Assembly: GCA_044892505.1 (NCBI GenBank)
Contig: CM097884.1
Span: 40,176,001 to 40,240,000, forward strand
Direction: 5' to 3'
DNA from: Schmidtea nova
Taxonomy: Eukaryota
DNA: 64,000 nt
Position numbers and translations under genes: made by a program. Shown in pieces: positions 26,138-39,393 of this stretch; position 1 is the first letter of the stretch, and each line of letters begins with the position of its first letter. A model generated the notes under the pieces. The model had not been told where the DNA came from. It saw only the letters and a program-made list of their open reading frames with translations, and searched no databases.

Positions 26138-27214
26138 TGTTCGGTTCGTATCAGTGGTTTACGACGAACACAGAAATATAAATATATATTTGATACTTTA
26201 GTTTGATTATCGGACTCCAAACGATAATCCGCTTATTAATTATAAATAAATTATATGTTTTAGGTTGTGTGTAAAGAAAAACAAGATCTAATTCCTTTTA
26301 ATAATATGTATTGTGAAATATGTAAATCAATGTACAATATAATAAAATAGCTGCTAAGCAAAAGTTAGAGAATCGGTTATACAAACCGTCCTAAGATGTT
26401 TAAGAACGAAAGCTGGACCTAAAAGGCTCAACAGCTCCGACTAAATGAAAGGACACAAGATGAGGGGTTTCCCTGTAGTTTAACCGCGATAGTGACAACC
26501 CAGAATTGGTTGTCACTGTGACTTAATAATTTTCCCTTCTAATAATTTATTATTTAACGATTTTGCTGAAGGGGAAAAATAGTAATACAACTATTTCCCC
26601 GTGATCGATTTATAAGATTTAAAACAAAACTAGGAAAATTACCAGCTACTAAAGATTATTCCAATTTAGGGAAATTATCACGAACGAAATTCAAGCTAAG
26701 CTTCTTGTAATACTTCTGCCGTAAAATTAATTTCTCCAATTCACAAATTTGTCAAACTAAAATTCTAAAATTCACTTCGGTAAAATTTATGTTCTGTAAA
26801 CACTTATGTTTCTCTCTCTACTTCTGTCAAAATTACTTTCTGTTTCAACTGATTTTGCAATCAGTTTATATACAAATTATTTTCTCTCATGTAGGTCTAG
26901 ACGACCACCTATTACTAACTACGTGTAGGTCGAAATTGACCTTACAAAATATTACTTTTAAAGTAATTTATTATTACTATATATATCTTATTATTACTAT
27001 TTAAATTTCTTATGTATTTATTTATTACTATATTTATTATATATTATTTAATTATTACTGTATTTAATCTATATTTATTTATAGTAATTATTTATTTATT
27101 TTCTATTTATCTATCTATTTATAGTATTTTTTTTAATTACTATTTATATTTATTTATTTACTTATAATATTTAATTACAAAAACCCCGAGATCCCTTGAT
27201 CTCGAACCCTAACA
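26138..27214 (-). repeat. 5' LTR (1077 bp)
   Basis: Direct repeat of 12256-13332. Confidence 0.96.
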
Positions 27215-27218
27215 ATAT

Positions 27219-28833
27219 TATAAAGTCATCTTTGATGTTAAAGTTGGATTTTTGAAAATTTTCGCAAGTAACATAATTAATTGCAGCATCTAGCTCTGCT
27301 TCCAACGAAACTGGTGCATCCGTGTTCAAATCTACATGTTCTGGTGAAGATGAAGGTGATATAGATGAAGAAGATTCAAAAAGTCTAGCAAACAGATTAG
27401 ATGCAAATTCCAAAACAATTTTTGATGGTTTTATAGAGTTATTGGTGAGACATGCCAGAGTATCAATAATGGTAGAGTTTTCTCGTTCTATCATCCGTCG
27501 TTCGATATTTAATTTTAATATACTACAGATCACGTCATTACATTCATTCAATTTGTTGTACAGAAAATTCATCGCTCCCTTTGCTGTTAATAAATTGGCG
27601 TCTTGTCTCCGCCATTGTTTCAACAGCTAATGTTAATGGTTTTATTGCATTCATTAAGCTGGACAATTTTTCGAAATCTATTCCAGATACTAGGTACAGT
27701 GCATTTTATTCGATGAGCGTGTTTTGAATTGGAATTCGAACTCTGAGTAGTTTTTCTAACATAGGATGAATAGAATTCCACCTGTGTTTAACATCCAGTT
27801 GAAGTTCTAGTTCCTGCCCAATTTCATCGATAATTTTCTTTTGTAAAATTGAATTTCGAACACTAGATTTTTTCAAAAACTTAATCAAAATCCGCACGTT
27901 CTTCAGATTTTTTTGTATGTCGACATCTTCATCATCTGCGAATTCTTCTTCATTAACATCATCATCATCGAAAAATTCATTGTCTTGGAAGTCGTCATCA
28001 TCTTCTTCTTCTATAATGTCAACATCATTCGATTCAAAAACTTTCTTTTTATAAAATGTTTCAACTACCGCCAAATGCAGCCCGTGACATAAACATAACT
28101 GTGATTCAGATGGACAATCTCTCCCATACTTCACCATTACGCTGGCACCATCATTTGTAGTACGAACGATGTCGTTTTGGAACGACAAATTAAACAACTC
28201 CAAAGGCTTGGTTACAATTTCTAACACTACAGCTGCAGTACACGAACCAGTAGCTCTCACAAAACCTAGATTGTGGCGATTTCCATTATTTCCATGTACA
28301 TTAATATTAATAAAGTGACGATTTCGTGCACTTACCCACTCATCAAAGGTTATACTAAACTTACCACCATCATTTTTAATTGTTGTTAATTTTTTTATTA
28401 CCTCTTGTTTTCTATTTTCGAATTCAGTATGAATAAGGCGCATAACACTGTTTTCACTTTTTGGTAGGTTATATCCTCTGTCTACAAAAGATTGTCTGAT
28501 AAACTTGGAATTAGTAATTGCACGAATTGTTTTTCCGTCTTCAGCAGCTAATCTTGAAACAATCTCACTTAAACTTTGCCGTTTAACAAAATCCATCATC
28601 GTATTTCCTTTGATTTTCTTGAAGTTTTGCTCTTGCTCCCCCAAAACGGAATCATCATTATCCCGTTTACAATGGATTTTGTGTACCAGTTTCAGATGGT
28701 TTAGCATACCACCTGTGCTTCCATTACTATTTGAAATAAAAACCATACACTTTAAACACTGAGCTTTGGCAACTTTTTTATTGGTAGAAGGAATTTTTTT
28801 TAAATATTCCCAAACAGGAGCTGATGGTGCCAT
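27219..28833 (-). pseudogene. hAT transposase (BED finger, catalytic core) with premature stop at 27706 and frameshift near 27620
   Basis: VWEY..C..C..H..H BED finger, SITFDEW, TTNDGASV, CLCHGLHL, LDVKHRWNS, RQDANLLTA. A possible 66-nt 5' intron lies at 28837-28902. Confidence 0.88.
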
Positions 28834-29349
28834 GGGCTAAATAGTAGTACAATATAAATTTAATACAAGTTTTACGGTGAAAAAGAAATTAATTATAATT
28901 ACCTTTGATTTTTTTCAATTCTTTGATTTGAAAGCTTTACTAACAATTTCGCAATAACAAATTTTATCGATTTTTTATTCTATTTAAAATTTTATTCTAT
29001 ACATAATTTAAAATAATTTTCACTATCCGATAATCGCGAGTATATTTGAGCGGATACCGAATACGGATTTTTGTCTGCAAATTCGCGGATATCGGATACA
29101 GATAATCCGAACCGTCAAACTCTACTCTTAAAACAAAAAAAACAAACATTAATTCAACAACATTTATTACTACAGATAAATCAAATCAATACACAAAACA
29201 ATTCAGTCATTAATACACAGAAAATTCAATTATTGTTATTCATCGTATTGAGTTTCGTCACGGTCGCTCCTTGGATGGTATTTGATGTTGCCTTAACCCT
29301 TTCGTCGGCAAGCATCTGTTTCAACTGTAAGCGCCTTTGTGCATGGTAT

Positions 29350-30540
29350 TTTCTTTGGGCTTGTATTTATTGGGTCAGTATTTTATTTATTTGGTCAGTA
29401 TTTTTTTTAATAATTGGTCGGTATTTTATTAAATAAAATATCAGTATAAAATAATATTTTGGTCGGTATAAATAATTAAGTGTCAGTATATTATCCTGGC
29501 TGATAACAGTATAAATAATAAATATTAATAAAATTAATTACCTTCTTAAATTTTGAATTTTATTCTAATTTATGGCTTGTATTTATTGGGTCAGTATTAT
29601 TTGGTATTATTTNNNNNNNNNNNNNNNNNNNNNNNNNNNNNNNNNNNNNNNNNNNNNNNNNNNNNNNNNNNNNNNNNNNNNNNNNNNNNNNNNNNNNNNN
29701 NNNNNNNNNNNNNNNNNNNNNNNNNNNNNNNNNNNNNNNNNNNNNNNNNNNNNNNNNNNNNNNNNNNNNNNNNNNNNNNNNNNNNNNNNNNNNNNNNNNN
29801 NNNNNNNNNNNNNNNNNNNNNNNNNNNNNNNNNNNNNNNNNNNNNNNNNNNNNNNNNNNNNNNNNNNNNNNNNNNNNNNNNNNNNNNNNNNNNNNNNNNN
29901 NNNNNNNNNNNNNNNNNNNNNNNNNNNNNNNNNNNNNNNNNNNNNNNNNNNNNNNNNNNNNNNNNNNNNNNNNNNNNNNNNNNNNNNNNNNNNNNNNNNN
30001 NNNNNNNNNNNNNNNNNNNNNNNNNNNNNNNNNNNNNNNNNNNNNNNNNNNNNNNNNNNNNNNNNNNNNNNNNNNNNNNAATATACTGACACTTAATTAT
30101 TTATTAAATATTTATAATTATTATTAATTATTATTAATTATTATTAATTATTATTAATTATTTATAATTATTAAAAATACTGACCAAATAAATAAACCCC
30201 ATCATTTTATTTTATACTGATATTTTATTTAATAAAATACCGACCAATTATTAAAAAAAATACTGACCAAATAAATAAACCCCTTAAATACTGACCAATT
30301 ATTAAAAAAAATACTGACCAAATAAATAAACCCCTTTTGGCTGACACTTAATTATTTATTAAATATTTATAATTATTATTAATTATTATTAATTATTATT
30401 AATTATTATTAATTATTTATAATTATTAAAAATACTGACCAAATAAATAAACCCCATCATTTTATTTTATACTGATATTTTATTTAATAAAATACCGACC
30501 AATTATTAAAAAAAATACTGACCAAATAAATAAACCCCTT
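29350..30540. repeat. AT-rich modular inverted/tandem repeat (AATACTGACC sub-units) flanking an assembly gap
   Basis: Parts of 29380-29492 are the reverse complement of 30080-30104 and 30205-30280; 30086 and 30341 begin two tandem copies. Confidence 0.75.
29613..30079. other. Assembly gap (467 N); the three ORF-track entries spanning it are artefacts
   Basis: Run of N. Confidence 0.99.
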
Positions 30541-30569
30541 TTCTTTGATTCCGGGATTTCGGCTTACTC

Positions 30570-31752
30570 GACCCTACCGTTGCCTTGGTGTTCCTTTCTT
30601 TGTCGGATAAGTTGGAAAACCATCTCTCGAGAGTTAGGGGTCTGATTTGATCCCTTTCTCTTCGCGGCTACAGACTATTCCGTGATCATGCGTCTACAAT
30701 TTCTCACTTCGATCCTGGTAGCTTCCAACTCGATTCTTTGGTCTTCAATCGTCGCTCGCGCTCGTTGCGAATTTCCCTGGACTTTCTTCATCTCCGCAGG
30801 ATGAAAATAACTCTCCTCTAATTCAATTATACGACGTTTTAATTTTCCAATCATCTCGTTCTCCTATGTCATGGTTGATCTTAAGAAAAGAAGATTTTAT
30901 TCGTAGTGGGTTAAATATCCACCTCAGGGTATTCTATTAGGCGCCCTTCATTCCTTCCCTCTTTCATCGTAGTATATTACGAACTTTAAATTTTGTTAAA
31001 TTAATTAAGTAAATCTTTGCAAACACAATACACAAGAAAAATAACCAACAACGAATTTATAATATTTTAACACTAAAACAATTGTTAGGTAATAGAATAA
31101 ATGTTTAGCAAAAATCTATGAGTTCGAAACAGTCGTCCTAAACTCCGTCTTGTGAGGATCCGATGGGCTGAGAGGGGAATCGGAATTTCCTTCCGCTGGA
31201 GTCGGGCCTAATACGAATCGGCCGAGACTCCAGAATTCCTCGGCGAGTATCGTCCTGGTATAGTAGATTTTGAATCACCCGGCAATCTTGTTGGGCGATT
31301 CGACGAAATATTTCGGTACGTCCTCTGGGTGATCCTTGTTGACATCAACCGGCCATAATCGACTACTATGCCAGGTGATGATGTCTGGGCTATCTCTGTG
31401 CAAGCTAAATGGAGGCTCTCTTCCCTTCTCCCAGAATGATGTTCTATGCTCGTCGACGATCTGTTGCGCTAGATCTGTCGGAATATCCTTTAGGGGAAAA
31501 GTTCATACAAGAAAATTTTCCCTCGCCTCTGATTTCCGTTCTACCGATCCCTTCCCAGCCATACTGTGATCTACTGTTCTCAGGTGAATACTTAGTCTCT
31601 GCATTTACAAATTTACATATAATAAATAAATTACATAAGTTTAAGGAATTGGCAGGGAACGTATCTCGTGAACTGTAACAAATTAATGTACCTGGTATAG
31701 TCTCATTTCGTGTAAGTGGAAGGTTCCCCATATGTTCATTCTCGGAAACCAT
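30570..31752 (-). pseudogene. Decayed coding remnants of unknown family
   Basis: Higher-GC stretch with long nearly open minus frames broken by single stops (ENEMIGKLKRRIIELEE..; TFPLKDIPTDLAQQIVDEHR..). No recognisable domain. Confidence 0.3.
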
Positions 31753-33319
31753 AATACCCTGTCGTATGAAATCCCGTTTTGTTTACGCGAATTGTACAAT
31801 AACTTAACATATTAATTATTTTCGTTTCTATTATTGAGGGATTTCTATTTAGTTTAATTCAATTTTTTCAGTTAACTTGAATATCGGATTTGTCGCTAGT
31901 GTAGTATCGCTGGGTGACGTGGGTTTATTTAATGTCGATTTTATGAGAGGTGAAATCAACTACTCAATTTAAGTGGTATTTTCTAGATCGGTCATAATCT
32001 TTCGTATATTCTCCTGGACTCTCCACTGTACTCGATGAGACACTTATCCGCGTTCAATTACGAAAATTCTCTGCTCACCTGGCCTAAAGTGTTTTCACTG
32101 CCACTTCACAAATTTTAGAAATTTCTCTAAAAAACACTCGAAAATCTTTCCCTGCAATTTTGTTATGTGTCTCGAGTAGTTACGGTCGATAATTTCACGA
32201 TAATTTAACTCAGTGGAAATCCCCGGGTAAATAATTTTCACTGTTTATGCTGAAATTTCAGTTGAAGTAGGATAATTCGGAGAATCCCACAGAAAAATGT
32301 TTAACCTGATTTTATCACTAGTTAATTAATTCTCATGACGGATTTATTGGTGAATTTAAACTGGATTCTACCGACATCGCTCTCTTTTACTCTTGGAGGT
32401 GGTAACTGCTTAACTTTTGAATATCAACGGGTTATATCCCTCTTACAACGGGGTGGAAAAATTGACAGAAGGGAAATTATCACTGGCATGAAATACTCTC
32501 GTCTTAACATGGATGGCCCAATTTATTTTCACGAGTCTGGCATTCTCGATTTAACGTAACTCTTAGTGATCTATTACATAGGGAACCTGCATGGCGCGGC
32601 TCAGACATTCACCCTATTCATTAAAAATTTAACATAAAAAAGTCTTTAACGGAAATTCACACTTTCGCCCCGTTCCCAAGGGCCCGAAACGAAAGTGCAA
32701 ATTCCCGGAGATCTGACAAATCCGAACTGATTGTCGAGACCCTCGCATTATCTATATGCATAATATTAATGAATGAAAACAAATATGGTTATTAATATAA
32801 AATTTTATTGAAAACAACACAAATAGCTTACAGTTTCTTCCAATTCAAGATTACGTCAGAAAAGTGTTCCTCCAAGTATTGGGATAAAAATAATGTAAAA
32901 TATGTGCTGGATGCGAAAATTTACAGTTTGGTAGATACAAATGACATTAAAATGCTATCCCGAGCGCTTCCTTATATACTAAAATCAGGGCTCAGACAGC
33001 CAATCAGAATTCAGCTTATATTCTATTGGCCCAATGACCCGTTTTTATATATTATTTTATTATCCTGTTTTTATTTTGTTATTCTTTCTACTAATTGCAT
33101 TTATTTTCTTTAATTCTTTTTATTTTCCTAATTTCTACTCAATTTCGCATTTTTATCACTTTTTTTCTCGATTTTTATTTTAATTGTATTCCTTTTGTTA
33201 ATGATTATTTCTCAACTTGTTTATCATAATTTAATATTTCTCATTAACTTTTATCTTTTCCTAATTAATTATTTAATTCTCGCTATATTTCTTTCTGTAC
33301 TAACCCAACACCAGAACTC

Positions 33320-33530
33320 CTGGAAATTTCACGATCAACGCCGAATTGTTCGAAGAATACGGTCAACCCAAGCAAGGCACAATAACATTCCTTATAGACA
33401 CAGACTCGTCATATTCAATTCTACCCACTGCTCATCCCCTGCCATAGCCGCGAACGGTACCCACATACTACTCTCCGGTACAAAAACAATCGCGTTTCGC
33501 CTTCCAGGTTTTTTTACTCTGACCCTTGAA
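33320..33530 (+). pseudogene. Retrotransposon aspartic protease remnant (CsRn1-like)
   Basis: TITFLIDTDSSYSILP, then after a frameshift AIAANGTHILLSGTKTIAFRLPG. Confidence 0.7.
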
Positions 33531-33585
33531 TTCCTTTTCGCTTTTTTATATATATTTTAATTAGATGGAATATATTATATATATA

Positions 33586-34890
33586 CAGGGTGTTTTTTTA
33601 AAAATGCAATAGTAATTTTTTATTGATAATTTCCTTATATAATAGTATTATGAATATCGTTTTTTTGAAAATGCAATAGATAATTATAAATAGAAAAAAT
33701 AAAGTCTATTTTATGTTTACGGTTGAGGAAAAGATTCAAATTGTAAAATGGAGGAGTGGCAATCTAAGCTTTTCGCAGATACAAAATGAATTCATGAGAA
33801 AATTTACAGGACGCCCCGTGCCAAATATTTCAACCATATCAAGAATACTTGATAAATTTACAACTGGGGGTTGCATTAAAAGCGAGCACGCAACCCGAAC
33901 TAGAATTGAAACTGTTTTGACACCTTCGAAACAAACAGAAATTATTGGATATATTAATTCGAATAACAGATTGTCGACACAGGCCATAGCAACGCTCTCA
34001 AACGTCAGTAAATCGTCTGTTTATAAGACCCTGACCAAAAATGGTTTCAAATCATTCCACTTTTCACTAATCACCAGGAATTACTTGATCGAGATGAAGA
34101 GAAAAGAAAAGTTTTCTGCCAGGATATGTTTTCTAAATTGGAGTCAGACAATAATTTTGCCAAAAATATTCTATTTACCGACGAATCAACATTTACTTTA
34201 AACGATGAAATAAATCATCAGAATTGTAGATATTGGAGCTCCGTAAATCTACATCGCTTTCTTCCTACAAACAATCAAAATCAAGCAAAGTTAAATGTAT
34301 GGGCTGGGTTGATAAATGAATCGATAGTTGGACCGTTTTATATTAATGGGAATTTAAATGGTGATAAATATCTGCGTTTATTGGAAAATGATATTTTACC
34401 CGCATTGCGTGAAATGAATTTATATGAAACAGTCTGGTTTCAACAAGATGGGGCGCCTCCACATTACGCAATTGATGTTAGGCGGTACTTAAATGAAAAT
34501 TTTAGTGGCCGGTGGATTGGACGAGGAGGAACAATGAGCTGGCCTGCAAGATCACCTGATCTTACCCCAATGGATTTCTTTTATTGGGGTTTTTTGAAAG
34601 ATAATGTATATTTTGAACGGTCTGAAAGTCTTGTTTCTCTAAGAAATAAAATCGATCAAGTTTCGTTGACTATTACTACAGGTATGATGAGAAATGTTTT
34701 GGAGGGGTTTAAAAATCGAGTGCGAATATTTTTCGAACAAAATGGAGGTATTTTCGAAAACCTTTTATGAGTAAATGAATAGTGATTGGGATTTTACTTT
34801 TTGGTATTAATAAACCAGTTGGATCTATTTAATTAATAAGTATTTAATTATATATTAAATTGAATATTGCGTGTTAAAAAAAACACCCTG
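33586..34890 (+). mobile_element. Tc1/mariner transposon, DD41D (rosa/Visitor) type, 1305 bp
   Basis: TIRs CAGGGTGTTTTTTT, TA duplication, ILFTDE / QQDGAPPH / SPDLTPMD with 41 residues between D2 and D3. Confidence 0.93.
33713..34770 (+). pseudogene. DD41D transposase with one frameshift near 34065
   Basis: ORFs 33713-34201 and 34126-34770 join via HQELLDRDEEKRKVFC. Confidence 0.88.
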
Positions 34891-35493
34891 TATGTACAAA
34901 AAATGTCAATTGTTTTAATAAGATAACGCAGTCGAGAATTCGGAATTTGAATAATATAAAGCATTTTTAGAAGCAGAATTTGAATAATATAATGCACGTT
35001 AAAAAGATGAATATAAATGAAGAAATGCAAGCTGCGCCTGTTAAAGCCCAAAGCTAACCCAGAAGTTTTTGGAGAGTTATAAAGAAAAAGAAGCAGTTTA
35101 TCTCAATAATAAATATTTTCTGGTGTTTTATTTCGATTTAATTTTGTACCTAAATCAGTAAAACGCAGAATGGTGTACCTAAATTCCGAGGCCCACAACC
35201 CCTAAAAGGTATAAACGAATAATATGCCCACTGGGAGGTTTATTTGAATAAAACCCCTAGTGGGTTTTATTTAAGTAAATTAATTTCATTTTATAAAAAT
35301 GCAGTTCAGTGACTAAATAATTTAAAATATAGTTGGTCTTTTAAAAAATTTTTTGGTAACATTATTTTTAAAAATCGGTTTGCTACATACTTAAGACGAA
35401 AATCACAATACACAAAATAGCATTTATTGAAAATTGGTAACACACATTACGGAAATATTAATTTAAGTCAAAACTAAATATCAAAACCCAGGT

Positions 35494-36285
35494 AGTAGGA
35501 GGAAGTGTGGACGGGGGAACAAAGACATATGACGTCATCGCATGTGTGCATCCAATCAAAATCAAGTGACCCCCCGGGAGGGGGGTACTTTTTTTTTGCG
35601 ACTCCCCCAATTTTCTACACATACAAACGATGAGTCATAAAAATTTTTTTAAGGTCAACGTTTAAGGACATTGTGAGGACACTTTAAGGACAAGTTAAGG
35701 TCAAAATCTAAAAATTTCAAAATTTTTTTTCAAAAACACCAAGTGAGAATTTATCAACATTTATTAATAAATACACATATATATGACGACAATGTTATTC
35801 CAACTATGCAATTTTTGCGCTTTTTATATTCCAAATTGGAGACATTGCCTCTTTTGGATCGATTTTATATCCTTGGATGGATATATCTATAAACCAATTT
35901 TCATTATCCGTATATTCAACTGATCGAAATGCATCATGAAATTCGGTGTTCTTGTTGTTGATGAATATTGTTTCATTGCAAAATAATTTCTTGTTGATTT
36001 TCGTCAACACTTTATTGATTGCAACAACATCTTCTTTATAAATCTGACCAATTAAGTTGGAATATTGCGAAGTCGACAGCTTTACCGGATTCGGGACCTT
36101 GAAAGAGATTTCGTTTACCAAGAAAAACATTTGGTAATCGTGAAACATCTGAACCGGTCGTAAATCAAATTTGTTTTGAGTTGATTTGTTATCGTTCTTA
36201 ACTGGTTTCATTTTAATTGGACTAGATTTGCTGAAAATATTTTGCATTTTACGAACAATACTATTTTTGTTTTCTTATTTATACT
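35494..36285. repeat. Polinton left TIR
   Basis: Inverted copy of 47338-48173. Confidence 0.9.
35804..36247 (-). CDS. 147-aa TIR-encoded protein, left copy (possible OB-fold ssDNA-binding protein)
   Basis: Intact ORF differing from the right copy by one K/R. C-terminus FIDISIQGYKI..SPIWNIKSAK resembles viral SSB strand patterns (inference). Confidence 0.55.
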   Translation of the reverse strand: MQNIFSKSSPIKMKPVKNDNKSTQNKFDLRPVQMFHDYQMFFLVNEISFKVPNPVKLSTSQYSNLIGQIYKEDVVAINKVLTKINKKLFCNETIFINNKNTEFHDAFRSVEYTDNENWFIDISIQGYKIDPKEAMSPIWNIKSAKIA

Positions 36286-37094
36286 CGTCATTGTCTGTGT
36301 GCAGCCAATCAGATTCTTGCACATGTCTTGTAAATCAATTGCACATGTCTTGCTAATCGATTGGATATGTATTAATAATTGACTTTGTATGCATGTTGAT
36401 GATTATCTACTGCAATTTCTTTCTATATTTATATTGTAAGTTATTTACATATCTATCGCAATTTTATTGTCTATCGCAATTTTATTGTCTTTCTATTTAT
36501 TATTATTATTACTGTCATTATTATTACTAATATTACTATTATTAATAATATTACTATTACTAAAATTATTTTCCCTTATTATTTTCAATAAATATTCAGC
36601 ATCAACATTTTATAAAAATTAATTTTAACTACAAAACATCTTTCATAACTCGGTACGTTTTAAGAAAATAAATACTTTATAAAAAACTTAATAAAAAGAC
36701 ATTTTAACTATAAAAATATTTATTGTTCTAAAAAGTTTCTTAACTCCTGTTGGAGTAACCATTTGTGAGTCCTATTGACGCAACTTTAGCATCTATAGGC
36801 ACAGATAATGCTGGCGCTGCATTCTTCTTCTTCTATATTATGTTGATGGTCGAGCAACACCTTGTTGAGATCAATTCCGGTTAATGCCAATATTTTATAA
36901 GGAAGGAGCTCTGGAGCGCAGTAAACCAATTCGCGCATAAGTTTTGGGTACAAATCCTCCATTTTTTCAAGCAGAACGCTCATCAGTTTCTCTAAAAACA
37001 AAAGAACGCATTAATAAAAATTTCTAATCAAACGTATAGATCGAAACCTTATTGATGGGACTGTGAAACCGAAAATACTTGTTCATCATCAACA

Positions 37095-37355
37095 ATGTTC
37101 ATTTACAGTAACATTATTGAACCAATAATTGTCGGTGATTCTCTGGTTCCTCTACTGAAATCGGTATGGATCGAAAAATATGAAAAGGATGAAGTTGTAC
37201 AAATAGTAATGGATAATCCAATTTATTTACCTATTTCTACCTCATGTATAAACAATATAGAAATAAATATCCGTGACGATAGTGGTAAATTAATAAATTT
37301 TCCAAAATATTCAAAAACACATTTGACATTACATTTTCGTAAATTAAATGATTAA
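37095..37355 (+). pseudogene. Minor capsid (penton) C-terminal part
   Basis: FIYSNIIEPIIVGDSLVPLL..PIYLPI..IEINIRDDSG..LHFRK, typical of Maverick pentons; the N-terminus is missing. Confidence 0.8.
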
Positions 37356-37734
37356 TCCAGATACTATTTCACTGTATAGTAATAGCCAAACTGGTGGGGA
37401 ATTACCTTATTTTGCAGGTAAACAGTATGGATCAGGTTGGTTAAAAACTATAGGACAATTTGCACTCCCAGTTCTTAAGCGAATAGGTAGTTTTGGTTTG
37501 AAAACTGCCAAAGATGTGATCATGAATGATCAGAAAATACTACCATCATTGAAAACAAATGCCTTGTCAGTAATTGGTAAAGTACTGCCTACTGTGACTA
37601 GTATGATTCCTGGAGTAACAAGTATGCTTAATAAAGATGAACCGGAACCGGAACAAGTGGGGCCTAGACGTAAAAAGCATCGAAGGTATATAAACAATCG
37701 AATGAAAGGACATGGAACTATATTTGCAAAATGA
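37348..37734 (+). CDS. Maverick small basic/amphipathic virion protein (cupiennin-like)
   Basis: QTGGELPYFAG..GSGWLKTIGQFALPVLKRIG, lying between penton and major capsid. Confidence 0.65.
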   Translation: MINPDTISLYSNSQTGGELPYFAGKQYGSGWLKTIGQFALPVLKRIGSFGLKTAKDVIMNDQKILPSLKTNALSVIGKVLPTVTSMIPGVTSMLNKDEPEPEQVGPRRKKHRRYINNRMKGHGTIFAK

Positions 37735-38938
37735 TTTGTGGTTATTATGTCTTTTCGACCGACCATCTCTTCAAGCAGTCATTGAATATGGTGCATTTGA
37801 AGAAGTATTTCCCATGAATTATATTACATACGGTAGAAATGATGTGGAATTTTACATTAACGGATCTCAATCTGAATATTTGGATTTGAATGATACTTTA
37901 CTAACAGTTCAAATAAAAGTTGTAAATGCCGATAAAAAAGACTTGTCTGCAACTGATGATGTTATAATAAACAATTTTATGTTTCATACTCTTTTCAAGG
38001 ACGCGATTCTTGGTTTTAATAATATCAAGATTGAAGGTGGAAACAATACATATGCACACAAGGCAATAATCGAAACTATTTTAAATTATAATGATGAGAC
38101 TAAAAAAACTTGTCTTACTCCAATGGGATATGGAGATTCTGACGAGAGAAAAGCGTGGATCAAAGACTCAAAGTTATTTACAATGTGTTTATCTCTACAA
38201 GTGGATTTCATGGATCAACCGAAATATTTATTACCTGGTGTCAATGTTCACATCAGGCTGAAGCGTTCTGATTCTGCACTATCACTTTATTCAAAAAACG
38301 GTGCACCAAAATGTCAATTAGTTGATGCAAAGTTAATGATTCGTCACGTTTGCGTTGAACCATCTGTATTAGCTGGACATCAAGTTAGACTCAAAACACG
38401 CTAATTATCCAATGAAAACCAAAGAAATTGTACAATTTGCTATTGGTAAAGGTATATCATCTTTCTACAAGGAACAAATATTTGAGATCGAAGGATGCCA
38501 AATTTTATTCTGGTCGCATTTCAAAGTGAAACTCAATACAATGGATCATATAATGCATCAAGTTCGAAATTCAAACATTTCAATGTAACTTCCCTATCTC
38601 TATCGAAAAACACTGATTATAGAGAAACATATACTCAAGATTTTGAAAATGATACTTATTGTACTACATATATGCAATCGATGGTCAGAAATATGGGATA
38701 TTTAGATAAGAATTTGAATTGTGGTATAACACTAGCCGATTTTAAAAACAAATATCCTTTCTTTACATTTGTTTTGGCCCCGGATTTCGATTTAAATCAA
38801 AGTCAATTACCTCAAAATGAAAATTTGAGATTGGATATAAAGTTTTCTAAAGCTAATAAAGAACTAGTACATGTAATAATATATGGAGTATTTGAAAATG
38901 AAATTCAAATTACTGCTAATCGAACAGTTTTGGTATAA
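37731..38938 (+). pseudogene. Double jelly-roll major capsid protein, frameshifted
   Basis: LFDRPSLQAVIE..VEFYING...YLDLNDT..HTLF..PKYLLPGVNVHIRL..LRLDIKF; breaks near 38400-38490. Confidence 0.85.
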
Positions 38939-38951
38939 ACTACCAATATAA

Positions 38952-39190
38952 ATGTACAATTCAAAGATTTAACAATTTGTCATGGAGTAAGTTTTATTAT
39001 TTATTAAATAAATCTATTTATATAGTTCTATTCAGGTTAATCGAATTGGGAAATGAATTTATTGGAGTATATCCACTAGACAAAATCCTTTATTTAGATG
39101 ACAATCAAGCCATAGTCGTCAATACTCAATCATCTACTCTAGGTGTATGCATTCGATCCCTTCGGATGTTATTACCCTGGTTTATTAGTT
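38952..39190 (+). pseudogene. Adenain-like cysteine protease remnant with a 49-nt intron (38987-39035)
   Basis: FIGVYPLD..AIVVNT..FDPFG; the catalytic His segment appears deleted. Confidence 0.65.
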
Positions 39191-39393
39191 AGTAAACTAC
39201 AAACATTGGGTAATTTGTAATTGGTAAATCCATGTTGCATGTGTGCGAGCGAATCTTTTCTTCTCATAAACGATTTTCATTGGTTCAATTAATATTATGC
39301 AATATATCTTATATAAAGATATGTTTTCAATATTTTAGTCATTTTTTACTATAACCCAAAATTTCTTATTCATCTTATAATCGTTAATTAAAA

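Larger units (their letters stand above)
12256..27214 (-). mobile_element. Full-length 14,959-bp env-bearing Ty3/Gypsy LTR retrotransposon
   Basis: 1077-bp LTRs (TG..CA, constant offset, no difference noticed), 4-bp TSD ATAT, tRNA-Trp PBS, PPT, two intact ORFs. Confidence 0.97.
11889..29124 (-). mobile_element. hAT DNA transposon (~2.27 kb) interrupted by the 15-kb LTR element
   Basis: Termini TAGAGTTT...AAACTCTA; 8-bp TSD CTCTTAAA (11881-11888, 29125-29132). Confidence 0.93.

Noticed and set aside
16218-26201. Numerous short plus-strand ORFs over the polyprotein
   Set aside because: Antisense shadows of a long coding frame with no motifs.
29553-30096. Three ORFs of 161-178 aa in the track
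   Set aside because: They consist of X residues across the N gap.
30080-30540. CRISPR-like array
   Set aside because: Eukaryotic context, no unique spacers of regular length, no cas genes.
31330-31752. Possible macro (ADP-ribose) domain remnant (GRTEIRGEGKFSCMNF..EIAQ)
   Set aside because: The motif pieces lie in different frames, and a third frame is the more open one; resemblance too weak.
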